From an uncultured Acidimicrobiales bacterium (GTDB taxonomy: Bacteria; Actinomycetota; Acidimicrobiia; Acidimicrobiales; SHLQ01), in contig CAYTUB010000002.1 in assembly GCA_964441145.1 (NCBI GenBank), positions 3,305 to 67,304 of the forward strand: a DNA stretch of 64,000 bases, in the 5' to 3' direction. Positions within the stretch are counted from its first letter, which is position 1. Each line of letters opens with the position of its first letter. The notes under the pieces are model-generated. The model was given only the letters and a program-made list of their open reading frames with translations. It was not told the DNA's origin and searched no databases. Positions 1 through 9,384 of the stretch are shown one piece after another. The translations under genes were made by a program, and so were the position numbers.

Positions 1-1
1 G

Positions 2-688
2 CCCCCGCAGTGGCACATTGTCGTGACGGCCAACCCCGAGGGTTCCGACTACAGCGTCACGCCACTCGATGACGCCATGCTCACCCGCATGCTGCACGTC
101 AGCATGGAGTTCGACCACAAGGTCTGGGCGAATTGGGCAGTCGGAGCCGGAGTCGACGAACGCGGCATCTCGTTCGTGCTGACCTACCCCGAAATGGTCA
201 CCGGATCGCGAACGACCCCTCGGTCGTTGACACACTTCTTCGAGCAAATTCGTCCGATCGATGACCTGCGTTCGAACTGGGATCACGTGCATGCGCTGGC
301 CCTGAGCGCTCTCGATCGCGAAGCGGCGACCGCGTTCATGTCGTTCGTCAACGACGACCTGAACCAGCTGGTGTCGTCGGAGGAAATTCTGAACGACCCC
401 TGGACCGAAACCGAGTCACGAATTCGAGAGCTCGCATCAGACGACAATGGGGTGCGCCTCGATCGCCTCAACGCGATGACCGTGCGCCTCTACATGACTC
501 TCACAGCCGACGGTTTTGTGCCGGCTGACGATCAGGGACCGAACCTCATCTCGTTTCTCACAAGCGACGTGCTCCCGAGTGATCTGCGACTCACATTGCA
601 CCGCGACCTTGTGCGTGACGCGGGACCTGATGTTGTCGAACTCATGCGTGATAAGGCCCTCGCCGAACTGACGCTCGCGTCGCTGTGA
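2..688 (+). CDS. AAA+ ATPase (AAA_5 / MoxR-like), C-terminal part; 5' end lies outside the window
   Basis: The frame is open from nt 2 (PPQWHIVVTANPEGSDYSVTPLDDAMLTRM...), resembling the distal part of AAA_5 ATPases. The TGA stop overlaps the GTG start of the downstream VWA gene (GTGA at 685-688). Confidence 0.55.
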   Translation, partial: PPQWHIVVTANPEGSDYSVTPLDDAMLTRMLHVSMEFDHKVWANWAVGAGVDERGISFVLTYPEMVTGSRTTPRSLTHFFEQIRPIDDLRSNWDHVHALALSALDREAATAFMSFVNDDLNQLVSSEEILNDPWTETESRIRELASDDNGVRLDRLNAMTVRLYMTLTADGFVPADDQGPNLISFLTSDVLPSDLRLTLHRDLVRDAGPDVVELMRDKALAELTLASL

Positions 689-1854
689 GCGACGGATCCG
701 ATCGGTCGCTGCTGTCGGAGGCAACGAACGAAATCGGACGAGCCGTGATCGCACTGATTCGCGAAGAGCCCTTCTTTGGGCATTTGCTATCGGGGATCAA
801 CCGCAAGATCACCAACGAAGTTGAAGGCACCCGTGTGGTCTTTCGCAATGGTCGACCCGTCCTGACCGTGAACCCCGAGTTCTTTGTCAATGAACTGTCG
901 ATCCCGGGTCAACGAAGCGCCGTCATAAAGCACGCGGTGCTCTACGTACTGCTCGATCATCGCGGAAGGTTCAACGCGGAGGTCATGGACCAACAGATCT
1001 TCGCCATGGCTTCAGAGGTGGTCATCAGCCAACTGATCGGCGACAGGTGGCCGGCTCCTCCGGGTGCGATCAGCCTCGACTCGTTCAGTTTCGAGCTCGC
1101 TCGGGACATGACCCTGGAGTGGTACTACGAGCAGCTGTGGGAACACCGCGACGAGATCCCCCCCGAGCTTAAGCCCGATCCCTCCGATGACGACCAGCCG
1201 ATAGACGAAGACGATCAAGAATTCGCGATCGCGCAGCACGAGCTCTCCAAGGCTCTGCGCGATGCTCGCGATCGTTCGGGCGATGACTTTGCGCTCGTCG
1301 ACCTACAGATTCAAGAGCTGGTCGAGTCGATGATCGATGAGCTGGAACCATCGGTCGACTGGAGGCGTGTCATCCGACTATTCACCACATCGAGTCGCCG
1401 GACCCGCATCTCCAACACGCTGCGCCGCCCGTCGAAACGCTACGGCACCTACCCCGGCATCAAGGTCAAACGCCTGCACCGGATGGCGGTGATCATCGAC
1501 ACGAGTGGGTCGGTCAATAACAGTGCGTTTGGCGAGTTCTTCGCCGAAATCCACACGATCTGGCGACAGGGTTCCGAAGTGACCGTCATTGAAGCCGACA
1601 ATGCAGTTCGGGCGACCTGGGAGTACGTCGGTACTGCCCCTACGAGTGCGAAGGGTCGAGGTGGCACCACGTTCGATCCGGCATTGCAATGGGTTGCCGA
1701 CGCAGCTCCAGCCTTCGACGCCGCGCTCTACTTCACCGATGGCAAGGCGCAGGCACCCAAAGTGCGCACTCGATGTGAGGTCCTGTGGGTGCTTCCCCAT
1801 GACGGCGACGAGCGCACACTTTCGGGAAGGCGCATCATCAAGCTTTCCCCGTGA
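685..1854 (+). CDS. VWA-like protein with an N-terminal putative-metallopeptidase-like domain (DUF2201-type)
   Basis: 389 aa. N-terminus EEPFFGHLL...VNPEFF...IKHAVLYVLLDH resembles the DUF2201_N fold, but the HExxH position reads HAVLY. C-terminal MAVIIDTSGSV...FTDG is a VWA/MIDAS-like DxSxS motif. Translationally coupled to the upstream ATPase. Confidence 0.65.
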   Translation: MSDGSDRSLLSEATNEIGRAVIALIREEPFFGHLLSGINRKITNEVEGTRVVFRNGRPVLTVNPEFFVNELSIPGQRSAVIKHAVLYVLLDHRGRFNAEVMDQQIFAMASEVVISQLIGDRWPAPPGAISLDSFSFELARDMTLEWYYEQLWEHRDEIPPELKPDPSDDDQPIDEDDQEFAIAQHELSKALRDARDRSGDDFALVDLQIQELVESMIDELEPSVDWRRVIRLFTTSSRRTRISNTLRRPSKRYGTYPGIKVKRLHRMAVIIDTSGSVNNSAFGEFFAEIHTIWRQGSEVTVIEADNAVRATWEYVGTAPTSAKGRGGTTFDPALQWVADAAPAFDAALYFTDGKAQAPKVRTRCEVLWVLPHDGDERTLSGRRIIKLSP

Positions 1855-3118
1855 GGTGAGCGGGCCCCCGTCGAGAAAGCCGACCGTGTCGCCACGTCTT
1901 GACGACCCGATCGGCAAGCTCAGGTGGGATATCGCGGGCGTCGGCATTTTCGATCACGAGAACCTCAAGATTGGGCAACCCAATCAGCGGGGTGAGGTCG
2001 GTAATGCCCGCCGAGAATCGGATATCGAGGACCCGCAAGTCGGTCGCTGCGCGCAGTGGCTCAAGCGACAGCGGTGAGCGCACTCGCGGCATCAACAGAA
2101 TGCGGAGACCAGGCAGCTCGCCGATGTTCCCGAGGTCGCTCAACCCCGGTCCCCAGAGCGAGACCCGGGGATCGGCAAGTCGGGTGCCTTCGGGGAACCT
2201 CCCGCCGCTGAACTTGCTCGTCTGGTTCATCTTGACGGCACCGAGACTCTCCAGTTGGGCGACATCGAATCCCTCGCTTATCCGGTCGAGGAGATCAACG
2301 TGACGAAGGTCCGGGGCTTCAACGCTGACCCCGCTCAGGCGAAGATGGTCTACCCGGCGACACCCGAGCATCTCTACATCTCCGCGGTAGCACCACAGAT
2401 TTCGCATCGACTTATATCCGATCAGGCGGATGCCACCGCGTGCCTCGAGGTCAACCAAGTTCGGCATGTTGTCGTGACGTAGCGGACCGCGGTCATGGAA
2501 CCGGCCGCGCACGGATTCAAGCGCCGGGAAATGCGCGTCCGGAGCGAACTGAAGACGTACCGCATTGATCGCCTTAAGGTGCTGCATTGCTGGCAGAGGG
2601 CCCGCAAGTACAGCTCCACGTAGCCGCAGGTATCGCAGTTGAGGGAAGGATTCCAGACCGCTTAGGTCGAGCTGATCGTCCTTGCTGGTCAGGTGGATAT
2701 CGAGATGGGTCAGGGCGGTCAGTCGTTCGAGGCCTTCGATCCAAATGTTCGGCGCCGGATGTGCGAACTTGCGCTTGGGGGTTCCCAACGCAATCGAGGT
2801 GACCTTGGTGCGGAGCGGATGTTCCGACGCGGCAAGAAGGTGCAGCATCGCAAGGTCGAGGAGCGCTTGGTGGCCATCGCCCACCTCGAAGATCTTGGCC
2901 CGCTGAGGGGTCGGATATCGCCGATGATTTGGGAAGCGATCTCCCGGAGCCTGTTCTGATGGATGGAGCGCTATCCCGTCGAGGAGAGCCGCAAAGACCT
3001 TCTGGTCGTCGAGCGCTGTGGCGAGTTCGATACCTTGCCGGATCGCCGATTGATCGCGCTGAGTTACCAGCGACGCAATCGCATCGACTTGCTGTTGTTG
3101 TTGCTCACTCAAAGGCAC
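1838..3118 (-). CDS. leucine-rich-repeat protein
   Basis: 426 aa with many L-x-x-L-x-L repeats (LTALTHLDIHL, FPQLRYLRLRG, LPGLRILLM, LRVLDIRF, LPNLEVLVIEN). Its 3' end overlaps the VWA gene 3' end by 17 nt (convergent). Confidence 0.6.
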   Translation of the reverse strand: MPLSEQQQQQVDAIASLVTQRDQSAIRQGIELATALDDQKVFAALLDGIALHPSEQAPGDRFPNHRRYPTPQRAKIFEVGDGHQALLDLAMLHLLAASEHPLRTKVTSIALGTPKRKFAHPAPNIWIEGLERLTALTHLDIHLTSKDDQLDLSGLESFPQLRYLRLRGAVLAGPLPAMQHLKAINAVRLQFAPDAHFPALESVRGRFHDRGPLRHDNMPNLVDLEARGGIRLIGYKSMRNLWCYRGDVEMLGCRRVDHLRLSGVSVEAPDLRHVDLLDRISEGFDVAQLESLGAVKMNQTSKFSGGRFPEGTRLADPRVSLWGPGLSDLGNIGELPGLRILLMPRVRSPLSLEPLRAATDLRVLDIRFSAGITDLTPLIGLPNLEVLVIENADARDIPPELADRVVKTWRHGRLSRRGPAHLTGKA

Positions 3119-3309
3119 GGTGATGCCAAGTGTAGGAACTCAAATTGATCGGTGTTTGCACGCAGTTCGACTGGTGTTCATCTGTCGCAGGCCACACTGG
3201 ACCCATGACCAACACCGATGATCGACCAGCAGTCCTTTTTCACGGTCACGTGCACGAGCTCATCAAATCGCTCCAACCCGAGGGATAGCCAAGTCATAGA
3301 CTTTGGGCG

Positions 3310-3696
3310 ATGACCTTCTTCGAGAGCCTGGCCAAGCCATCGTGGATTCCGCCAGATTGGGCGTTCCCGGCGGCCTGGTTCACGTTGTGGTTGCTCCAGG
3401 CGATCGCGGTGCTCATCGTGCTCACCAGCGAACGCGAAGGTAAGGGGCTCGCACTTGGGCTCCTGGCCGCGCAGTTCGTGATCGCCGTCGCGTGGGAAGT
3501 GTTTGTGTTCGGACCGGGGCGGCTCGCCCTTGCCGCCTGGTGGCTGGTGGGCGTGCTGGTTTTGGTGGTGTTAGCCGTCATCGCAGCGTGGCGTGTGGAG
3601 CGACTCGCCGGTTTGCTTGTCGCCCCAACCATCGTCTGGGTCTCGGTCGCCACCGCACTCGGCTTCAGCCTGTTACGCCTCAACCCCGGCGCGTAA
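3310..3696 (+). CDS. tspO: TspO/MBR-family tryptophan-rich membrane protein, N-terminally short
   Basis: 128 aa starting at LAKPSWIPPDWAFPAAWFTLW, which matches the K-P-x-W-x-P-P-x-W-x-F-P motif that normally follows TM1. There is an in-frame TAG at 3286-3288, so no upstream extension is possible. Confidence 0.65.
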   Translation: MTFFESLAKPSWIPPDWAFPAAWFTLWLLQAIAVLIVLTSEREGKGLALGLLAAQFVIAVAWEVFVFGPGRLALAAWWLVGVLVLVVLAVIAAWRVERLAGLLVAPTIVWVSVATALGFSLLRLNPGA

Positions 3697-3776
3697 ACCT
3701 AATAATTCAGGTACTTGCAGTCCAGTGGGTGCCGCTCCCCATCAACACGGCCGGCCACCTCACCGATAGCTATCTC

Positions 3777-4628
3777 ATGGCAACAAAGAAACCGCTCACC
3801 TTTCTCTTCGGCGCACTCCTCCTGCTCTCCGCATGTGGATCTTCTGATCTAGACTCGCAAACCGCAATCGATCCAACCGCCACTGAGGGAGTGAGCACCG
3901 TTGTCGAAGTTGTCTCAGACGACCCGGAGAGCCTGCCCGTCACCGGCGACGTCGTCAGTCAAGACGTAGACGGTGACCTTGGTTCCGGAAGCCCGGATCA
4001 GGATTCGACGACCACGACCACCGAAGCCCCCGTGGCTACATGTGCGACTCCGGCTCAATCTCACTTTGTCGACGTGGCCATCGACGATCCCGACGGCGGG
4101 CTGAACATGCGATCGGGGCCGGGGCCTAGCAACAGCATCGTCAATACGTTCGCACCCGGGGAAGAGCTGTTGACCACCGGTGCGTGCGCATTCGTTGGTG
4201 CGACCCAATGGTGGCAGGTAGCCACAACCGATGGCGCGGAAATCGGCTGGGTATCAAGCAGCTTCCTAAGCGACACCGAGATCGTCAGTCCGGTTCTTGG
4301 AGCACGGATCGACGATCCAGATCTCGATGGTCTAGCCAGCGAGTCGGCGGAGGCCACCGTCGAGTTGCTCGCCGATCGATATGGATTCGATGATGACCGC
4401 GTGATCACCTTCATCGAGGGCGGAGCCGCCGACTCACAGGGTGGTTCGGTTATCTACGAAGTCACGGGCCTCAAGGACGATGCGATCAGCGGATACCGCT
4501 TCGAAATCGACTTCTTCTTCGTGAGGTCCGGCGAGCAAGCCGACCAAATCGACGGAATCGATCCGTTCGGTGTCGCCGTTCGAGCCATCTGCAATCGGGG
4601 TATCACCCCCGACGGCCTCTGCATCTGA
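3777..4628 (+). CDS. lipoprotein with a bacterial SH3-like domain
   Basis: The internal ATG at 3777 gives MATKKPLTFLFGALLLLSAC (lipobox LSAC). GGLNMRSGPG...GWVSSSFL resembles SH3b. The longer track ORF (from 3492) overlaps tspO. Confidence 0.6.
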   Translation: MATKKPLTFLFGALLLLSACGSSDLDSQTAIDPTATEGVSTVVEVVSDDPESLPVTGDVVSQDVDGDLGSGSPDQDSTTTTTEAPVATCATPAQSHFVDVAIDDPDGGLNMRSGPGPSNSIVNTFAPGEELLTTGACAFVGATQWWQVATTDGAEIGWVSSSFLSDTEIVSPVLGARIDDPDLDGLASESAEATVELLADRYGFDDDRVITFIEGGAADSQGGSVIYEVTGLKDDAISGYRFEIDFFFVRSGEQADQIDGIDPFGVAVRAICNRGITPDGLCI

Positions 4629-4651
4629 GTTGTCGCCCAACCGGGGCATGC

Positions 4652-5326
4652 TCAGGCGCTGACGCCAACCGAGTTGAGAACGCTCTGCAGCAACACGTTG
4701 CCGTCGGTCGAGCCAAGCAGATCGTGGCTGGCACGCTCGGGGTGAGGCATGAGCCCAACGACATTGCGACCCTCATTGCAGACGCCGGCGATGTCACCAA
4801 CGGATCCGTTCGGGTTCGGGGTGTAGGTCAGAACGATCTGGTCGTTGGCTTGTAGCTCGGCCAGCGTTTCGGGGCTGCAGGTGTAGTTGCCCTCGAAGTG
4901 GTTGATTGGGATGTTGAGCTCTTGGCCATTCGTTGCCGCACTCGTGAGCACCGAGTTTGTGCTGGCGACGGTGAGGATCTGCCAATCGTTGATGAATTTG
5001 AGACCGGCGTTCTTCTGGAGCGCTCCGGGCAATAACCCAGCCTCGGTGAGAACCTGGAATCCGTTGCAGATACCAACGACGGGCATGCCGCCGTTCGCTG
5101 CTTCGGTGACGGCGCCCATGATTGGTGAGAATCGTGCGATGGCACCGGGACGGAGATAATCGCCATGCGCGAATCCTCCGGCGATGATCACCGCGTCGAC
5201 GTCTCCAATCGAATCATCACCGTGCCAAAGGATCTCTCCCTGGCCTCCTAGTGCGTTGATTGCTTCGACTGTGTCGAACTCACAGTTCGTACCCGGAAAG
5301 CGGACGACGCCGACCTTGGCCGCCAT
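4652..5326 (-). CDS. purQ: phosphoribosylformylglycinamidine synthase, glutaminase subunit
   Basis: MAAKVGVVRFPGTNCEFD...GICNGFQ...MPHPER. The ATG overlaps the purS stop (ATGA at 5323-5328 region). Confidence 0.92.
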   Translation of the reverse strand: MAAKVGVVRFPGTNCEFDTVEAINALGGQGEILWHGDDSIGDVDAVIIAGGFAHGDYLRPGAIARFSPIMGAVTEAANGGMPVVGICNGFQVLTEAGLLPGALQKNAGLKFINDWQILTVASTNSVLTSAATNGQELNIPINHFEGNYTCSPETLAELQANDQIVLTYTPNPNGSVGDIAGVCNEGRNVVGLMPHPERASHDLLGSTDGNVLLQSVLNSVGVSA

Positions 5327-5589
5327 CAGTGCGCCCCGGCGCCTTCGAGAACGCTGATCTGCGCGCCCTCGATGACCGGGTTGGTTAGAAACTTGTCGCA
5401 CACCTCAGCCAATTGGGCCTCGGCGGTAGCGGCGTCGGGCGCCTCGATGTCGAGGTGGATGCTCTTTCCGGCGCGCACCTTGGAGATGCCATCAAAGCCG
5501 AGCGTTGGAAGCGCTCGTTCGATGGTGGATCCCTGCGGGTCGGCGATCCCGGCGTGGAGTTGAATGTCGATCACGGCATGGAACTGCAT
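5326..5589 (-). CDS. purS: phosphoribosylformylglycinamidine synthase subunit PurS
   Basis: 87 aa, ...GIADPQGSTIERALPTLGF..., sitting between purC and purQ. Confidence 0.9.
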   Translation of the reverse strand: MQFHAVIDIQLHAGIADPQGSTIERALPTLGFDGISKVRAGKSIHLDIEAPDAATAEAQLAEVCDKFLTNPVIEGAQISVLEGAGAH

Positions 5590-5617
5590 ACCTTGAACCT
5601 ACCCGGCTTCGGCCCGA

Positions 5618-6502
5618 TCAGGCGACGCCAGGCCAGTCTGCGAACGATAACCCGGTGATCACTTCGTATCCCTCGACGTAGCGCCGTTGCGCAGCGTCGA
5701 TGACTTCCTCGGGCAGCGTGGGCGGAGGCGGGGTCTTGTCCCAGTCGAGGCCGTCGAGAAAGTCGCGAACGGGCTGCTTGTCGTAGCTCGGAGGCGTGGT
5801 TCCTGGGGTCCATGCATCGGCGGGCCAAAAGCGTGACGAGTCGGGCGTGAGCATCTCGTCAGCGACGACCAGTTCGCCGTCGATGAAGCCAAGTTCGAAC
5901 TTCGTGTCCGCAATGATGATCCCTCGTTCGCCCGCCCATGCGGCGGCCTCGCTATAAAGCGCAAGCGACATATCGCGGGCTGCCTCGGCAACATCTGCGC
6001 CGACCATCTCGACCGCGCGTTCGAAGCTGATGTTTTCGTCGTGCAGGCCATCTTGTGCCTTGGTGCTCGGCGTAAAGATCGGTTCGGGGAGTCGTTCGCT
6101 CTTTGTGAGTCCCTCCGGCATCGCCATGCCATGCACCGTCCCAGATGCTTCGTATTCCTTCCATGCCGAACCGCTGATGTAGCCGCGCACGATGCACTCG
6201 ATTGGAAGCATCTCCGCTTTGCGAACGTGCATCGATCGGCCTGCGAGTTCCGGGTCTTGGGCTCCCGCTGGGAAGTCGGCGATGTCGGTGGAGATGATGT
6301 GGTTCGGCGCGAGGTGTTGCAGTCGTTCAAACCAGAATGCCGAGATGGCGGTGAGCACTCGGCCCTTGTTGGGGACGGGCTCCTCCATCACCACATCGAA
6401 GGCCGACAAACGGTCGCTCGCCACGATGACGAGGGTGTCATCGCCGGCGTCGTACATGTCTCGGACTTTGCCTTGGTACAGGTGGGGAAGCTCCACATTC
6501 AC
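5618..6502 (-). CDS. purC: phosphoribosylaminoimidazole-succinocarboxamide (SAICAR) synthase
   Basis: 294 aa, YQGKVRDMYD...ASDRLSAFDVV...ADTKFELG. Confidence 0.93.
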   Translation of the reverse strand: MNVELPHLYQGKVRDMYDAGDDTLVIVASDRLSAFDVVMEEPVPNKGRVLTAISAFWFERLQHLAPNHIISTDIADFPAGAQDPELAGRSMHVRKAEMLPIECIVRGYISGSAWKEYEASGTVHGMAMPEGLTKSERLPEPIFTPSTKAQDGLHDENISFERAVEMVGADVAEAARDMSLALYSEAAAWAGERGIIIADTKFELGFIDGELVVADEMLTPDSSRFWPADAWTPGTTPPSYDKQPVRDFLDGLDWDKTPPPPTLPEEVIDAAQRRYVEGYEVITGLSFADWPGVA

Positions 6503-6523
6503 CTGAGAGAAACTAGCCGGATT

Positions 6524-7945
6524 CTAGAGAATGTCCCCGGGTCGATAGCTCGCCGCATCAGGGTCGTTCTCCACGAGCACCGCCACACGCGATGCAATCG
6601 CGTCAACATGGTCCCCTGCTCGGCCGGCGAGCTCGATTGGATTCGACAGCGCGTCGCTCAGATCTTTCGGATCGACGGGGAAACGATCGTCGGCAGCCAG
6701 GCGCTCGAGCAGGTCGTTGTCCGCCCGTCCGCTTTGGCGCATCTCGAGTGCAACGGCAACGGCGTGCTCCTTGATTGCCTCGTGTGCTTCTTCGCGTCCA
6801 GCCCCCGCCTTGACCGCAGCGATAAGCAGCTTGGTCGTGGACAGGAACGGCAGGTAGCGCTCGAGTTCACGATCGATCACGGCCGGAAACGCACCGAACT
6901 CATCGAGGATGGTGAGGAACGTCTCGAACAATCCATCGATGGCGAAGAACGCATCGGGTAGGGCAACGCGGCGCACGACCGAGCAGCTGACATCGCCCTC
7001 GTTCCATTGATCGCCTGCAAGGGAACCGACCATCGTGACGTGACCACGAAGGATGGCTTGGAAGCCGACGATTCGTTCCGACGAGCGGGCGTTCATCTTG
7101 TGCGGCATGGCCGACGACCCGACCTGGCCTTCCTTGAACCCTTCGGTCACGATCTCTTGCCCGGCCATCAATCGCAGCGTCGTAGAAAAGCTCGACGGCC
7201 CCGACGCAACCAGCAGCAAGGCCGAGACGACATCGAAGTCCATCGAGCGGGGATACACCTGGCCGACGCTGTCGAGGGTCTCCGCGAATCCGAGATGTGC
7301 GCCGACCCGTGTTTCGAGCTCTTCGACCGTGGCTGCCTCGCCGAGGAGGTCGAGAAGATCCTGCTGGGTACCCATCGGGCCTTTGATGCCACGAAGTGGG
7401 TAGCGCTCGATGAGTTCGTCGATGCGAGTGTGGGCTTGCAGCAGTTCCTCGGCTGCGTTCGCGAACCGCTTGCCGAGGGTGGTGACCTGGGCGGCGACGT
7501 TGTGGCTGCGGCCAGCCATGGCCGTGTCGCGATGCTCGACAGCGAGCTCGGTGAGGCGGGCGAGAGTGGCGACCATGCGGCGTTGGACGAGTTCGAGGCC
7601 GCGTTTGATTTGGAGTTGCTCGACATTCTCGGTCAGGTCGCGAGAGGTCATTCCCTTGTGAATGTGTTCGTGCCCGGCGAGCGCATTGAACTCTTCGATG
7701 CGTGCTTTGACATCGTGTCGAGTCACGACTTCACGTTCGGCGATCGATGCCAGATCGACCTGATCGACAACTGCCTCGTAGTCCTCGACGACGCCGTCGG
7801 GCACTTCGACTCCAAGATCGCGTTGTGCCTGGAGCACGGCAATCCAAAGCTCACGTTCAAGGACGATCTTCGCCTCGGGCGACCAGATGCCGACCATGTC
7901 AGCACTCGCGTAGCGGCCAGCAAGAACGTTCGGCAAAGTCACCAT
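6524..7945 (-). CDS. purB: adenylosuccinate lyase
   Basis: 473 aa, LAGRYASADM...GSSAMPHKMN signature loop. Confidence 0.93.
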   Translation of the reverse strand: MVTLPNVLAGRYASADMVGIWSPEAKIVLERELWIAVLQAQRDLGVEVPDGVVEDYEAVVDQVDLASIAEREVVTRHDVKARIEEFNALAGHEHIHKGMTSRDLTENVEQLQIKRGLELVQRRMVATLARLTELAVEHRDTAMAGRSHNVAAQVTTLGKRFANAAEELLQAHTRIDELIERYPLRGIKGPMGTQQDLLDLLGEAATVEELETRVGAHLGFAETLDSVGQVYPRSMDFDVVSALLLVASGPSSFSTTLRLMAGQEIVTEGFKEGQVGSSAMPHKMNARSSERIVGFQAILRGHVTMVGSLAGDQWNEGDVSCSVVRRVALPDAFFAIDGLFETFLTILDEFGAFPAVIDRELERYLPFLSTTKLLIAAVKAGAGREEAHEAIKEHAVAVALEMRQSGRADNDLLERLAADDRFPVDPKDLSDALSNPIELAGRAGDHVDAIASRVAVLVENDPDAASYRPGDIL

Positions 7946-7961
7946 TCGAGCGTACCGCCCT

Positions 7962-8016
7962 AAAGATTTGTCCCCCGTTTGATACCTATACGGTACTTTT
8001 TGGGGGACAAATCTTT
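7962..8016. promoter_or_regulatory. long perfect hairpin in the purD-purB spacer (15-bp arms, 25-nt loop)
   Basis: AAAGATTTGTCCCCC (7962-7976) and GGGGGACAAATCTTT (8002-8016) are exact reverse complements. The site lies in an AT-rich island, 16 nt from the purB ATG region on the minus strand. A T-run follows on the plus strand. Confidence 0.45.
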
Positions 8017-8163
8017 TTGTTCACGAGCTCGGGAAACGTCCAGCGCGTCAGCGCTGGAGTACCCCTGCGTCACAAAACGAGACATCGAGAACCGAAAGTG
8101 GAAGCCGCGACATGGCCAAAGCGTAGCTGGGACAGTTAGGGACAGTCCCTGAGTGTTTGGGTG

Positions 8164-9384
8164 TTAGCGCGCTTGGTGGGCGATGTCGGTTCGGTATTGC
8201 ATGCCGGGCCAGGAGATCTCGTTGACGCCCGCATAGGCGCGTTCGACGGCGTCGGACATTGTTGGGCCGCGCCCGACCACATTGAGAACCCGCCCTCCGC
8301 CCGTGATCAACGCTCCCGAGTCGTCGGCCTTGACGCCGGCGGCGTACACCGAGACCCCTTCGAGGTTTCGAGCGGCATCGAGCCCTTCGATTCGATCGCC
8401 GGTTCGCGCAGAGGCCGGGTAGCCCTCGCTGGCACACACGACCGTCACCACAGCATCGCCCGAGAAGACGGGCTGAGTCTCAATCTTTCCGGCTGCTGCT
8501 TCGGCAAGAAGGTGGCAGAGGTCGGATTCGATTCGAGGCAAGACGACTTGAGTTTCGGGGTCGCCGAAGCGCACGTTGTATTCGAGCATTTTGGGGCCGT
8601 TGGCCGTGAGCATGAGTCCGGCGAAAAGCGTGCCGCGGTAGTCGATACCTCTTTTACGAAGCTCGGTCAGAGTCGGTTCGATACACGACGTCATGATCGT
8701 GTCGACCAAATCAGGATCGGCCCATGGCAATGGGGTGTAGGCACCCATACCGCCGGTGTTCGGGCCGGTGTCGCCATCACCGATTCGCTTGTGATCTTGT
8801 GCGGGAGCGAGCGCCACAGCCGTGGTTCCGTCGCAGATCGCGAAGATCGAAACCTCCGGGCCAACCAGGCCTTCTTCGATGACGACGGTTCGGCCGGCGT
8901 CGCCGAAGGCATCACCGGCGAGATAGTCCTGCACGGCCGCTTCGGCTGCTTCGCGATCGTCGGTAACGAGAACTCCCTTGCCAGCCGCGAGGCCGTCGGT
9001 CTTGATCACAAAGGGCGCTTCCATGGTGGCCAAGAACTCGAGTGCCGGTCCCGCTTCGTTAAACGCCCCATGCCCTGCGGTTGGAACGCCCGCGGCCACG
9101 AGCAGTTCCTTCATGTACTTCTTGCTGCCTTCGAGTTGCGCTCCATCGGCTCCGGGCCCGAAGACCAACTTGCCCTGCGCTCGTAGTTCGTCGGCCAGAC
9201 CGTCAACGAGTGGAACCTCGGGTCCAATGACAAACAGGTCGGCTTCGAGCTCGGTGGCGGAAGTGTCGACGGATCCAGGGATTCCCGCGTTCCCCGGAGT
9301 AACGATGACCTCGGTGGCGGTACGACCAAGTACGTCAGCCAGCGCGTGCTCGCGTCCGCCCGAACCAACTATGACGACTCTCAT
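8164..9384 (-). CDS. purD: phosphoribosylamine-glycine ligase
   Basis: The internal ATG at 9384 gives [16 protein letters not shown]. It overlaps the purA stop (ATGA 9381-9384). Confidence 0.92.
   Translation of the reverse strand: MRVVIVGSGGREHALADVLGRTATEVIVTPGNAGIPGSVDTSATELEADLFVIGPEVPLVDGLADELRAQGKLVFGPGADGAQLEGSKKYMKELLVAAGVPTAGHGAFNEAGPALEFLATMEAPFVIKTDGLAAGKGVLVTDDREAAEAAVQDYLAGDAFGDAGRTVVIEEGLVGPEVSIFAICDGTTAVALAPAQDHKRIGDGDTGPNTGGMGAYTPLPWADPDLVDTIMTSCIEPTLTELRKRGIDYRGTLFAGLMLTANGPKMLEYNVRFGDPETQVVLPRIESDLCHLLAEAAAGKIETQPVFSGDAVVTVVCASEGYPASARTGDRIEGLDAARNLEGVSVYAAGVKADDSGALITGGGRVLNVVGRGPTMSDAVERAYAGVNEISWPGMQYRTDIAHQAR

Noticed and set aside
3205-3288. 27-codon ORF MTNTDDRPAVLFHGHVHELIKSLQPEG upstream of tspO.
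   Set aside because: It is too short, has no RBS, and I recognised no conservation. It may be a gene fragment but cannot be supported.
3492-3776. A 95-codon upstream extension of the SH3-lipoprotein ORF overlapping tspO.
   Set aside because: It overlaps the tspO coding frame. The internal ATG at 3777 yields a textbook lipoprotein signal peptide.
6041-9186. Plus-strand ORFs of 300-340 aa over purC/purB/purD (6041-6961, 7007-7963, 8161-9186).
   Set aside because: They are antisense to clearly identified pur genes. They are Arg/Asp/His-rich nonsense typical of shadow frames.
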